DNA of 64,000 nucleotides. Origin: Octopus sinensis (taxonomy: Eukaryota). Both the position numbers and the translations under genes were made by a program. The DNA lies in contig NC_043008.1 in assembly GCF_006345805.1 (NCBI RefSeq), positions 74,214,001-74,278,000 of the forward strand, written 5' to 3'. Positions 12,378-26,776 of the stretch are shown here, in pieces. Each line of letters starts with the position of its first letter. Position 1 is the first letter of the stretch. Under the pieces are notes generated by a model. The model was not told where the DNA came from. It saw nothing but the letters and a program-made list of their open reading frames with translations, and ran no database searches.

Positions 12378-14232
12378 AGATAGGCCCCCCTCCTCCAAAA
12401 AGATGGCTCCCTCACAGACAGTCCAACTATGATCAGTGAGATGCTGAATGACCAGTTCAAAAGTGTCTTTACCACCCCGTTGGAACACAGACAAGTGAAC
12501 GAACCAGTGGACTTCTTTGACGCCTCACCTATAACCAGCGAGGCGGTTACAATAGAATGTATCGACATTAGCGAAAAAGATATCCTACAAGCCATAAATG
12601 AAGTGGACACAAACTCAGCTGCTGGTCCAGACGGTTTCCCAGCCATCCTCCTCAAAGCATGTAAGCATGCCCTGGCAAAACCCCTCAAGATTCTCTTCCA
12701 GAGCTTTCTTGCGAATGGCAAACTGCCAAGCAAGCTGAAGGGGGGAATAATATGCCCAATACATAAAGGGGGAAGTAGAGCAGATGCCAAAAACAATAGG
12801 CCTATCTCTCTGACTTCACACATCAGCAAAGTCATGGAAAGGATAGTGAGAAAGAAACTAATCGCATTCCTTGAGGAAAATAACTTGCTGAGTAATACCC
12901 AGCATGGTTTTCGACCAGGTAGGAGCTGCCTGACCCAGCTCTTACAGCATTATGACTGGGTGTTGAGGCAGTTACTCAACAAATCAAATGTGGACGTAAT
13001 CTACTTTGATTTTGCAAAGGCTTTTGACAAGGTGGATCATGGTATGATATGCCACAAACTACGTGACCTCGGCATAGCTGGATACTTGGAGTGTGGTTGC
13101 ATGACTTCCTGAAAGATAGGAGTCAGGCAGTAGTGGTTAATGGAGCCACCTCTATGAACACACAAATAGTGAGCAGTGTTACACAGGGCACTGTCTTGGG
13201 ACCACTGCTTTTTATAGTGGCCCTCTCAGATATGCCCTCAAATGCCCGGATAGCCACTCTGGCCAGCTATGCAGACGATACGAAAGTCTCGCAGAAAATA
13301 CAAAACCCCAGCGATGTTGCACACCTGCAGCAGGAGTTGGACTCCATCTACAGATGGGCTGAGGATAATAATATGCAGTTTAATGCTGAAAAATTCCAGG
13401 CCCTGCGCTACCAGCATCCAAAACTGAATATTAAACTTACAGGATACACCGGTCTACAGGGAATTTCAATCCCAGAGCCTAAGTCTGTGAGGGACCTGGG
13501 TATCGACATGAGTGATGATACCTCTTTCCAAGTGCACATTACCAGGATGGCGACAAAGTGCAGACGACTGGCTGGGTGGATCCTAAGAACATTCAGAACC
13601 AGAGATAAGGAAACCATGATGGTCCTCTGGCGGACATTCGTCCTCAGTCGCCTGGATTACTGCTCACAGCTATGGTCACCCACCAGTGTAAAATTAACAG
13701 CGGACCTTGAAGCAATCCAGAGAAGATTCACAAAGAAGATCGTCTCTTTGCAACAGCTCAGCTACTGGGAAAGGTTGAAACAGCTAAGACTCTACTCCCT
13801 GGAGAGAAGACGGGAGAGGTATGCAGTAATATATGTCTGGAAGATCCTGGAAGGAATTGTGCCAAATTTTGGCAGTGTAAGCTACACCAATGCTAGAACG
13901 GGACGACACTGCATAGTGCCAAAGATCCCAGCAATGCCATCACGCTTCAGGACCAGCTTCTGCAACAGCCTGGGTTTCAAGGGCCCACAGCTTTTTAATA
14001 TTCTCCCAAAGAGTCTGAGGAACTTGCACAAAGTAGATGTAGCGGTTTTTCCTGTCAAGAGTCCCAGATGAACCTACCTCACGGCAAGAGGTGCAAATGA
14101 GAGTAGCTGTATCAAACTCCATTCTTCACCAAGTGCCACATATTAGACGAGGTTCGTCGTAATAACAGTGTAGTACAAAACGGCGGTGCATCAGCATGGC
14201 CGCAGCTCTGAGCTGAAACTAGAAAAAAAAAA
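12377..14232 (+). mobile_element. 5'-truncated CR1/L2-group LINE with reverse transcriptase, frameshifted near 13090
   Basis: ORFs 12429-13112 and 13091-14071: [64 protein letters not shown]. 3' stem-loop tail plus A-run; flanked by TA repeats. Confidence 0.93.
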
Positions 14233-16660
14233 TATATATATATATATGTTGACATATATGTATGCAAGTTAGTTTGTTTCGTACTGTAATATAGAGCTTT
14301 GAGAATTATTCCAAACGTATTAATATTTTAGTTGAAATGAAATAACTGAAATCTTATGCAATCAGATCCCAGTAGATCTAACGACTTGTTATAGAACTCT
14401 ATTGGCCATATCTTTCGTATTAAAATGTTAAACTGCTTTATATTACTCATACATGCAAAGTGTGTAATTTAATGGTCTTTATCGAATATTTATATAATAA
14501 TAGGAAGAAAACAAAGAGAAAAGTGAGAAATAAGATAAAGGGAGAAAAGAAAATTAAGTATAAGAAAAGGAAAGTTATTGGTAGACTGGAGTCAATATTC
14601 TCTTTATGTCTATCTAGTAATATATTTAAAGTAATATATAATGAACCAATAATAGCCGCATATTTATTTCAAATAAAGATAGTATGAATATCTATGGCGT
14701 AAAATATATGCTAAGGATGGTCAAATACATTTTCCACTAAGTATTACGCATATGAATAAAAAATACTGTGTCTGCAGATAGTAATTAAATAATTACTATG
14801 ATGTGAAAATATTATATAACTAAAAGTTGATATGGTTAATTGCAGCAAGAATTATTGCTCACATATTTTTAGTAAACTGACTGTGAGTGACAGAGAAGTT
14901 AGATTAGTTGGCAGAAATGGGGAATACAAAGAGGATTAATAAGAGGCATAGAGCACAGAAAGCATTTGTTACAGAGTACAGTTTCTCGGTTAAGACTGTG
15001 ATTTAGTAAAAAGCATGAGAATAAACATTTATGTTCTAACACAACGAGAGAAACTTTTGGTGGCTGTTGTTCTGCTAGAAAAAAAACAATAAATTAACCT
15101 CATGTTGCAGATTTCTATCCGAAATAGAGGCAGGTATATTAGGCAGTCGCTGCTATAATTGACTGAATCCTTTTTTCCTTGTGCCCACCTAAGAAATATT
15201 CACTACTATTGGTAACCATGGCATTTGCCTCGGAGAAATACCAATGATCTAATTATTTTCACACAATAGTACAGTTTTGCGTTGCTTTCTCCAGTGTATT
15301 GTATACCATTAACTTTATGGATTTATCCTCCTTTTTAGCGGTCCTCTGTTATATATCAAGATCAATACTTTCTCTCGATCCCAAACGTATACAGCTTTAG
15401 AAACTTAGACTCTTGTTGTAGCAGACAAAAAAAACATAATTATATTTGCTTTTTTGAAGATTAGAACACTACTCTCCCACGGCTAATTTTAGCCCCAAAA
15501 GGCGGAGAGGACAACTCTAAAATCTGGAATGTAACGGAGAAAGAATCTTTACTTCAGCAGTTGGTGTACAAGATTTTCGGTATTATTTCAACTAATCAGT
15601 GAAGCATTGTCTAATCGTGATTGTTAAGTTTCAGAACAATTTGAGATATATCGGTTTCTTGAGAATGAACACCGACTGACGTGACAAATTAAAATAAGGA
15701 GTGGCAAAATGACCCAGCTGCGCCTGCTGTATGAACACGTAACAGTAAAATAGGTGTTGATTTACTTTTGTGGTGAGCTAAGAAAATTAATTAACTGAAA
15801 TTAGTTACACGTTTCCGTCTTATCATCATTCTTAATTTATTGTGAATAGTGTGAGCTTATAATTGTATAATAACCCTTCTAACAGTTATATATTGTAAAA
15901 TATATGAAACTTGCATAGCATAGTAAGTGTCGTAAGGTGCGGATAGTAATCCTTCTACAAAAGTAAATGCATATTCAACAGATTTTGTGTATAATCAGAA
16001 CTGATTCCATAAGCTATAGATATAGCAGATCTAATTAACCTAGTTGACATATTGCAGTGTCTATGACTTTTAACTTATATTCCCATATATAGATTAAAGT
16101 TCTTGTATATAGAGCATCTAAGAAATACTGAGATAATCCTACCTCCCATTGTTAGAATATAGATTAATTACACCTCTAATCGTACTCAAAGTATCCCACT
16201 TCAATTTAGTATTATAGCCAGCTATCAGCCTACACACAGCATTAATGGATACTTAGATTCATTCCTTCAGATTCTACTCAGAACATTAAGACGCCATAAT
16301 CCACATTTGATAACACTTGGCGGTAAAATTGCAATTATTGATTTATGCCACCAGATAGAGCAAATTACAGAAGTATATGAGAACAGGAAGATACTGTCAA
16401 ATATCGAAGATTTCTTCAAGTAAAAGAAGGATCTTATAATAACAATTCTTTTAGAGAAATCCAGTGGCTCACTTCTTTACTTAAAATAAACCTAGAAGTG
16501 AAACATAATGTAAAGATTACCTGTAGAAGTCCATTCCGAAATCTTCCACCAGTCACCTTGTGGCTGTCTCAAACATTCTACAGCATTCTTCAGCATTTTA
16601 CTCACTCACACATTCGCACACACATACGCACACACGCTCGCACGAATGCGCGCACGCACG

Positions 16661-16700
<40 letters not shown>

Positions 16701-17712
16701 ACACACACACACACACACAGATTGGAGAAACATCAGCAAACACTTAAGAATACAACGTGTCGTACATGCCATGTTAATGCTTTACATTTACAAATTCCAT
16801 ATTATTCTATTTCCTAAATTCTGAAATTCGTCATTTCTTTAATTCTTTCTCTCCACACTTCTTTCATTAAGAAAGGATTGTTATCAATTGAAAATTCCAC
16901 TTATCGATTTATAAAAATTCAGTGCTAACATTAACCCTGCTAGTTCAATACAACATTACCACCTACAATGTTAATGGCTGATCTGTTTCATTTTATGTTT
17001 TCTTCGGACAAATCAAAAATTCCCTTTAATTTATTATTGTTTATTACTAAACTTATCTCTATTCATGTAAGTTATAATAATAAAAGATACAACTCTACTC
17101 AAGAAAACATAATTTAAATAATTGAAATATTTAAAGACATTTACAGTTACTTATTATCTAATAATCAGATCCATTAATCAATTCAATACCAGATTTAAAA
17201 CAAAATGTTAAGCATTAAACTTCAACGAGTTGCAGAACACATTTTCCAAAGAACATAAATCGCCTGGCAATTTGCAATGTAAATTCTATAAATACAATGA
17301 TGTGTATTCTGACGAATTATCATTTTGAAAATTGTATTTTATTTTAGTTCATTCTTCCGAAAATATCCGGTTACATAGACTGATTAATATTGTTGTTTCG
17401 TCTCCTTAGGATGTAATAAACTTTCTTTTAATGGTTGTCATTTCTATATGAGAAATTACGACTAATTAACAATGTGCCCGGCTGATATTAACTCCTTACA
17501 ATATTACACCCAGGAGTTGGTTGTTTAATTAATTTCACTTTATTAGCTATAATATTTTACTCTCTGCTGGCATTCATTTTAATTTCCGGAACTACCAAAC
17601 AGGGTTGTTCAGTTATACAGGAAACGACCAGTTACACGTGAACAGTTAACTTGCTCAAATCATTAGATTTGAATTGAAAGATATATATCTGTGTGTGCGC
17701 GTGTGTGTGTGA

Positions 17713-17755
<43 letters not shown>

Positions 17756-20700
17756 CATATATGTTTATGTGTTTATGTGCGTGTGCGCTTCTGCTCAAAA
17801 TGCAATTCTTTCTTCACTTTCTTCAAGCACTCAAATTAAACTCGCGGCGATATCAATGCATTAGCTTCGCCTCGTTTAACAGAAAACGAACATAAAGAAC
17901 GTGTATGATTCCTTGTAAGTAAGTTGGAAATGGCCTTGAACTCTACAAGAATTTTCAGTCAGATGAATGGAGACGAGGAATTATTTATAAAAAGTTTGAA
18001 CAGTTTCATATGAATTTCGCTCACTCCCTTTGTCTGAAGTATTTTATCTGATTCTGCGTGCTTGACTTGTTCCATTTCCTTTTTAAATAAGTTTCAATTT
18101 TGCAATGTCTGTGTTAGTGCTGTGGTTAATATACGTATAAAGAACTAAAGAACATATTAGAGAGCAGCTGCTCTGTTTGATCATTATACTGAGCTTTCAT
18201 ACTGTGCGCACCTATTTTCTGATTTTTTTATTGTGTAAACCAGGTAACGGTTGGTTGTATCGCTATTCCACCACATATGCCTGTGACGCCTTAGACAAAT
18301 TTCTTTTAAGCAGAGAAGAAAACAATAAAATCATGATAAAAGTTCATTCACAAGAAAGAAATTAGATTACTTTTTTAATTTAGTTCATCATAAAAACGTC
18401 TTCCAGTTAGAGATGAATTTGCAATCTCTTAAATCTTGGAACAACAAATAGGATATTTATTTAAAGAAAATTCTATAGAAATATCATATTTTGATAAAGC
18501 AAGCAATCCTTTCCATGAACAATATATCTGTAATATATGAAATCCAGATATTTACCAAGGCAGGTGATTATTTTCATAAACGACAATCATCTTCTACAAA
18601 CCTTACACATGAACAGCTTTCTTATCATATTGACTCATTAAATATTTTTCACAATATTTGGGTGCTAAGGAAATCCTTACAGCTCTATTATATATATGAA
18701 CATTAAGGTCAGTAATATTACATTTACATATTGTTCTAAGTGACTGCTTACACATATCAGTGCGGACATATACAAATGACATATTCCTCAACTTCCAATT
18801 TCTATACGACCTTGCTATATCAAACAGTCTCTATAGGTAGACGTTGATCGCTATTTACTATTGTTAACAACAAATCCACAAGTAAAACAAAAGATTTTGT
18901 CCCCGTGAGCAAATAAGATCTTTAGACATTATTTTCATCAAAGATTTTTACTCGATTAATTTGTTTCATTTATATTTTTCATTGTCATATTTCTATTCAA
19001 TGAAATCATGTTTCGCTTCTAGAAGACGTAATAGTTCTAACTTTTCCCTAACATAAACCAATGCTGCCCTTGTTATATGTAATAAAGGAATTATATTACT
19101 ATTATCATTATTATTATTATTGTTATTGTCATCATGATCATCATCATCACCATCATTTGTTTTTGTTATTGTTGTTGTTGTTACTGTTGCTGCTGTTCAT
19201 TGCTGACATGTTTAGAAGTGTTCACATCGATTTGAAAGACGGTTAATTTTGTCACGCGAAATATTTCAAATTTACTTTAATACCAGAAAGCCATTCGGCA
19301 ATTTAGGAGTCTGTCCATACAGGAATATTTTGATATATCTTGAAAACGAGAAATAAGGTCCGTTTGAAGGAGGTTATATATTTTCCCCCATTTGTCTGGA
19401 TACATGTACAAAATAGTTAAAAATGCCTCGATAAAGAAATGAATGACAATCTAAAAAGAAGAACATTTACAAGATATGCAAGGAGATATTTACTTTTCCA
19501 TCGAGAGTGTCGCTAGTATCAATAATTCTTTTGATATTGGTGCAGTAGCAACAGAAACAGCACTCTCAAGTAAATACATGGTTTCGTAAATTAAAATATT
19601 TGCAGAAATTTTAGACAACTCACTTTGTTTTTGAACTCATGATTTGGCAAAAAAGAAAACTACTGATACAAAATTTAGATCTAAATAATTGAATCGTAGC
19701 ATTGTGAAACAAAAACAGATGCTTTTCTCCTCAAAGGCGTCACACATATGCACGACAGAAATAAATAGCACAAAGACCATCTTTATGTCAACCAAACAAC
19801 ATGTGGTAGGTGGCCTTTATTTAAACGTGCAGTAATCTATCCTACTGATGTCGCGAGAGAAGAATGTTACTCATGCTTTGGTCTTGGTGGAAGAGGCGAT
19901 ATCTGCTATTACCTCGTACATCTGACCATAATGTAAATTATGGTCATTAAATTACTTGAGTAGGAAATATATGGGACATACTATAAGAAATCAGTAACCA
20001 CGGCGATGCCTTCCTGGTACATAATCATCTTTGTAGCACAGTGCAAGAAAATTTCCTGTGGGTGTATAAGGCCCGGAGTTAGAGCTCTGTGTATATACAT
20101 GTCCTCATAACTACATAACACAAAATTATCCAGGAACTATCTCTTGAGGCGGGTGCTCAAAGAAAAGTATTACAACTAGTTTCAGGTTTGATGACTATGG
20201 GTGGTAGTAATGGTCAGTAGAATAGAAAAAGTTTAAAATAAAAATCCGCGACAAATTTTATTGGGTTGCCTATTTCGCAGGCATAACTGAGTGTAGCTCG
20301 GAAAGTGCTGAAAGCTATCGTCTCGTCCTTATTTCATAACTTTTCACCCATATTTCATAATTTTAAACTAACAAAGAATTAGAAACCAAACTAAAGGATG
20401 ACAAAGTGAGTAACATAGTTTTGAATGAGAAGCAGATAGGTTCAGATTTTATGAACCACCTTAGTCAAAGATTTCTTTTAAAATTCCACCGACTAGTATA
20501 TGAATGAGTATTGTACCATTTTACCCAGTCAAAGAACGGAAGATTCGCATGGTGCACATAGATACGCTAATTCCAATAAGAGGAATCGAAGAAATGTTGT
20601 GGATGCTCTGATCCAGCCTATTTCGTTGGCTAGACAAGCAGATAGTTATTAGAAACTGAAAAAGTACAAGCTGTTGCATAGTATTCTTGTTCTTGAACTT

Positions 20701-20802
20701 GGGACGTTACAGCTTTCAATAAAATAAGATCAATAATTATTTTTTCAGTAATATTTTTAGTAATCGCGTTCTTGCTTTCTTGTTGACAATTATATACATT
20801 AT

Positions 20803-20841
<39 letters not shown>

Positions 20842-21302
20842 GCCTGATTGGTCTGATTTACTTTTGTCGTTGCAGCTACGCGTTTATTACTTTCCACGCT
20901 ACGTATACATCGCTATAGGACTTTATACTGCAGGAAACCGAGGAAGACATGAATTGATAGTGAGACATCTATACGTCACTGGATTGAAATTACAAGATAT
21001 TGTGCAACTCAGTCGTCATAGTAGCTTCCTATGACAAACATTGCAAGATGACTGCTACCACTTTGACTGCAAGTTTTATCTCAGAGCATCTTTCCCTAGA
21101 AGAGCTACTTTACCCGTCACTTAAAAAAAAATAAAGGGAGTTCCCTACACTTGGAAAACATATTTACCCCATGGAGAGAACCCTGACAGGTACTACTGGG
21201 TAATAGTAATTAAGGAATGATTTGAAGTTTACAAATACTCCGGAACCCCTGAACTGAAGCCTCACCGACAGATGCAGTTAAATATCATACTCAAGGTGTT
21301 TA

Positions 21303-21817
21303 TGAGGGTAAGTGAAAAAGTAATGCCATTTTGTTTAGGACAGGTATAATTACCAACACAGGAATATGTATCATACGTCAAAATGAAGCTGGTGCTCTGT
21401 GGATCACATTGCTACTTCTCAACATATTCACCGTTTCTCTCAATAGCAATGTTCCATCTTAGAATGAGAGCATGTATCCATACCCTGTAAAATTCTGTTG
21501 ACTGTTCTTTGAGTCACTTCTTCACTACAGTTTTCACTTCCTTGTCACTGGAATAATGTTTGCCTCTCAAACCCTCTTTCCTGATAGTCCAGTGATGAGG
21601 AAATGAAAACTGTAGTGAAGTGTGGCTCCAAGAACAGTAAACAGAATTTTACGGGGCAGGGATACATGCTCTCATTGCTACTGAGAGAAACGGTGACTAT
21701 GTTGAGAAGTAGGGATGTGATCCACAGAGGACCAGCTTCATTTTGATGTATCATATATGTTCTTGTGTTAGTAATTATACCTGTCCTAAACAAAATGGCA
21801 TTACTGACTCACCCTCG
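21303..21817. mobile_element. Mariner-derived fold-back element built from two transposase 3' ends, TA flanks
   Basis: TA-tgaggg...ccctcg-TA ends; ~250-bp diverged inverted arms. Minus arm reads GLRGKHYSSDKEVKTVVKK*LKEQSTEFY..IHALILRWNIAIERNGEYVEK* (mariner C-terminus). Confidence 0.82.
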
Positions 21818-21854
21818 TATATATATATGTGTGTATTTATACTTACATATATGT

Positions 21855-21914
<60 letters not shown>

Positions 21915-21984
21915 TTATATATACATATCTTCATTTATAAAATCCCATCGTATTTTAAGATAGGTAAGAAACATGCTACGTCGG

Positions 21985-22800
21985 TCTTACTTGATACATT
22001 TACCCAAGACAGTATTTTTGCTTATCAGTAATAGCATAATTTCTCCTGTTCGTTATATTGTAAATCCCTTAAACGTAAAACTCTACAGCTTTGCATAGAA
22101 ACACCTTTTACTATTTTTAGCCACTTAATAATTAATAATTTTTTTCCCGTAAAATAATGTTGCAACGAAATGGAAAGTTGATAGTCATATGAAGCGAGGT
22201 CAAGAGTGTAAAAAGGATACGACAAAATTTGAATACATAATCATTTCCTGATTGATTAAGGTAATATATGATCTTGCTTTACCGTTTAAATGCAACATCT
22301 CTTAATGTTGACCAATATCGGGCTTGTTTTATCCAAATGTTTGTGAAATGCTTCCACTTGGTGATAAAATTTCTCAGTATTAAATGTTTTGTATTGGTTT
22401 AACACGTCATGATAAACAACACCCTTCATATCCAACCAGTCACAGAATATTACATTTTTCTTGTATTTTCCATGCATGAGGAGGGATTCTTTTCTTTTTA
22501 TTGGATACTAACCACTGTCGTTTTTGTTGAATAGGATTATTGAGATGTCCTTTATCGTCACTTATGGGGATTCTGCCCAGGAAAGCTTCTGCAGCAAATC
22601 AATGATGAGGAGAGGGCAGCTCTTTGATTAAGGTGAGAGGCAGACAAATGATGATGGGACACTGGCAAATTTAAATACTTGTCCTAATCCATGAAGTTAT
22701 TTTATGATCAAAGTGTTACTTGAATTGAACTGTTTCGCTACTTTTCAATTTGCTTTGGATTTTCCTCAAATGCAGATTTTTCACTAGCTCAATATTGACA
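21985..22800 (-). pseudogene. Decayed mariner transposase
   Basis: KKNVIFCDWLDMKGVVYHDVLNQYKTFNTEKFYHQV..KTSPILVNIKR matches the mariner KKVMLCVWWD.KGV motif; upstream RIPISDDK..NNPIQQKRQWL resembles TGDEKW..NN..KRQW. Confidence 0.72.
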
Positions 22801-23990
22801 GAATTTAGTCATGCAGATCTAGTAGAATCTGCGAGAGAAATATTTACCGAGCGAAAGTGACCGAAGCATCGATGGCATGTTCAGACACTTAGAGTTTCAT
22901 TTTCATAAACTGAATGAATATTTCATGCTAATTACATAGCTAAAGAGCCACTTTTCAATTCATAGAGTATGGAAAGTCTGATACCAGCCAAGTGTAAACT
23001 CATTGAAACGATATAAAATCTATATGAATTTAACCACTACGAAATACAATAATCTGCAAAGTAAGTAAAAGACATCAGAATGTAAATTTATATTTATTTT
23101 ATTTACGTTTTGAAAAAGCACTCACAAAGTGATCATATCAAAAATTCAGCTAGACTTTTCACCATAGAATTTTACATGTATATATTTGTATATATTTGTA
23201 GTCCAGTTTATACAATAGATATGAAACCGTCTGCCGTAGGTGAGTCTGGAACCTCTGAACTGTGTATAAATATAACTCTATCGAAGCATTTCCTTTGTTT
23301 TTGTCTGTATTATCAACTGTTGAAAACACACCCATATGTGTGTGCGCCGAGTGTGTGTTTGTGTTTCCGATGTGTGTGCACGTATGTCTATGCATGCGTG
23401 TGTATGTGTTACAGAGTGTAATTTTATTATTTCTTCTCAGTGAACCAAAAGCATCTGTAAGCTGATGTATGTTTATTTTCGTTTAACTATTTTCGATATT
23501 ATTCGTGTAACATACGATAACTTAACACTAATACTTCTATATTTAATAATCGCGAAGATGTGACTAATCGGAATTAATAACTTTTTAACTACACTTGAGA
23601 ATAACTCGTCACATCATGGGTGTATACACCATTCCTAATATATAAGTTTTATCATTTCTTTGTCAATTTATAAGTTAGCAGGCGACGTTTGTTCTACTAT
23701 ATTTGACTTTAAATAAGATACCGACAAGAAAATACCAATTTCTGCGAGAGAATGGAGAAGACAAAAGGAATTTTGGGAAAAAATAGAAATTATTCATGAA
23801 ATATTTTGTTATCTGGGGGAGAAATTTCATTATGAATATTAATCTGAAGACAGATTTATATTTGTACTGACATATATGTATATACATATATACAGAGGCA
23901 AACACACATACACGCATGTATCTATGTATAAATATATCATATAGGTATGTGTGTATATGGACGTATATATTTATCAATACATATCCTGAG

Positions 23991-24032
<42 letters not shown>

Positions 24033-24040
24033 TATATATA

Positions 24041-24084
<44 letters not shown>

Positions 24085-25276
24085 GCATATTGTCATGTGT
24101 TTTATACGCAAATATGTAGGCATTCACACACAGTCATTTATATACTAATGCATATAGAACACACACACACACACACACACACCACACACACACACTCACA
24201 TGCCTATATTTAGACACGAGCGTGCACACACATATTCTGTTAGGATATTTAAATATATTTTTTAATAGATATGGAAAAAAAAGTTAAGTGTCTTTTTTCT
24301 TCTTGTATGAGTTAGGATTTGAAAATCGTTGGATGTATGTTGAGAAGAAAATATAATTACAAGAAAGAATTAGAAGGAAGAAGAATTGGCTGCTGCCAGT
24401 CAGATTATATTGCTAAAACAGTCTCTTCCAATGCTAGGAATATTAGATTCCTTTTAGAAATAGGATTTCTCTTTTGTCTGATAATCTTATTGGTTCTTTG
24501 GATTACTTTTATCTCTCTGTTTTTTTTTTAATCATGCAGATATATGTACCCTAATATAAATTTGATTTTTTATCAGCATCACTCACACGCACTCACAAAA
24601 ACACACGCACACATACATTGATACATATATACATTATGCTTACGTCCTTACATGCACGCGTACATAAATATATGAACATATGCATATGTGTGTTTATAGT
24701 TATATACACACACAAATACAAACATGCATATACATCTAGCCGTGGCTATGCGGGTCAAAAATGTTCTTTGATATCAGGTATGTCCCCATTCCAATCCACG
24801 ATTTGGGGCCTGAAAAAGTGTCTTCAAGAATTAAGTCATGTCTCTTTTCTTCCTTATTTCATATAGTTCCATATTTTAGAGCTGATGAAGTACTATGAAG
24901 TAAAAGTCATTTGTTTATATTTTAAGTTGCACTAAATTTCAACACCAGAAAAATATCTTTTCGCAAAAGTTTTGTCACTAGAACTTCAGATCGTAGATAA
25001 CAGGTTGAGTCTCACATATAAATTCTTATTTGATATCAGTCGCTTGTAATACGTGCTAAATGAAATGGTAATGCATAACCAACAGATGTCGCGCTGAAGG
25101 AATTCGAGGTACGGTTTTGTTTATTATCGTCACTCCATCTACTTACAAAAGTAAAATAAACCATTCAGATTTAGCCAGTGGAGGCTCTCTATTACGCACA
25201 TTACTTCAATGCTTCAACGCCACAAGCTAAATTTTCTTAGCTATTTATAAATACCGTGGAATGCGGAGCATTTGGT

Positions 25277-25324
<48 letters not shown>

Positions 25325-25831
25325 TATGTGAAATAGAAAGATGAATAATCTTGTAGTAGATTAATCAAAAGTTTAACCGATACCTTAGTAGCAAAAATCA
25401 CAGCAGTAAACAGCACGGTTGGAGGTACAACCATCTGGCGTTGCAACCGTGCGTTGGTGCGGATAATTGAAATTAAAACATTATTGGTGAATTGAAGAAA
25501 TGGAGCTGAACGCAGATTGAACAGAAATCGTTTTATTTCATTCTACACGTGTTTCGAAAGGCACAAATTACCAAAATCCGATTGAATAATGGGACCATAT
25601 TGTGTCTTTCTCTTCAGGAAGAAAAAAGGAAATCCGTTGGAAAAACGGATTTTGTTTTTGTTTTTGTTTTTGTTTTTCCAACGGATTTCCTTTTTTCTTC
25701 CTGAAGAGAAAGACACAATATGGTCCCATTATTCAATCGGATTTTGGTAATTTGTGCCTTTCGAAACACGTGTAGAATGAAATAAAACGATTTCTGTTCA
25801 ATCTGCGTTCAGCTCCATTTCTTCAATTCAC
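25325..25831. mobile_element. HHR-bearing pLTR-like insertion with a perfect 160-bp inverted repeat, between (TA)n tracts
   Basis: Arms 25487-25646 and 25672-25831; 25-nt (ttttg)n spacer. Confidence 0.85.
25693..25782 (+). ncRNA. Type I hammerhead ribozyme (mirror copy on minus strand at 25536-25625)
   Basis: UUUUCUUC-CUGAAGA-GAAAG-A-CACAA[..]UUGUG-C-CUUUC-GAAA-C-ACGU-GUA^GAAUGAAA; extended stem II; palindromic loop III; stem I 7/8 pairs. Confidence 0.82.
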
Positions 25832-25851
25832 GTATATATATATATATATAT

Positions 25852-25885
<34 letters not shown>

Positions 25886-25948
25886 ATATATGTGTGTGTG
25901 TGTTGTGTGTGTGTGTGTGTGTTGTGTGTGTGTGTGTGTGTGTGTATT

Positions 25949-26081
25949 AGAAGAAATGAGGTACTCAGAAATTCAGCGCTAATACATGATCTAAGTTATA
26001 TGATGTATAAAAACATGAAATATACAAATAAATATCTGTAAATATAAAACCATCCGAATTTTTGAGTACCTCATTTCTTCT
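25949..26081. repeat. Small inverted-repeat element, 26-bp arms
   Basis: agaagaaatgaggtactcagaaattc versus gaatttttgagtacctcatttcttct (1 mismatch). Confidence 0.7.
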
Positions 26082-26128
26082 GATATAAAATACCTGTACA
26101 TTATCTCCAAACCTTCTAATATATATAT

Positions 26129-26165
<37 letters not shown>

Positions 26166-26171
<6 letters not shown>

Positions 26172-26645
26172 TGGGAATGTGTGTCTCTCTGTCTGTATGT
26201 ATTTGTGCATCACTAAAACGCAAGTACTACACAACCGATTTCATTCACATTTTACACATGCACTGTCATAGGCCAAAAAATACTTTCAACTTCTTGCCTA
26301 ATGTGACCCGGGATCAATCTCTTATCTCTTACGCTGTTTCAGTATTACGGGTCAAAAGTGAAACAATAACATCGCTATCGAATGTGCGATACTTTCTGTT
26401 CAATGCTTACACTATTATCTCACATATATACATGCACACACGCACACACATATATATATATTATGGCCCAAAAACCTTTCAAATTCTTGCCTAATGTAAA
26501 CCAGGAGCAATCTCTGACTCTTACGCTATTTCAGTATTATGTGACAGAAATGAAACAATAACATCTCTATTGTAACGTGAGATACTTTCAGTTTAAGGCT
26601 TCCACTATTATCTTATATATATATATACATGTATGCGCACGCACG

Positions 26646-26650
<5 letters not shown>
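26166..26650 (+). mobile_element. Probable 5' fragment of a non-autonomous Helitron with two diverged ~195-bp internal repeats
   Basis: Starts tataaaact..gtctgt..caaccgattt like 44405. Internal repeat ttcttgcctaatgt..ctcttacgct.tttcagtatta..gaaacaataacatc occurs twice. Confidence 0.45.
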
Positions 26651-26709
<59 letters not shown>

Positions 26710-26719
26710 ATATATATAC

Positions 26720-26776
<57 letters not shown>

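Noticed and set aside
24881-24912. CTGATGA candidate HHR
   Set aside because: No GAAA after a plausible stem II, and no stem III.
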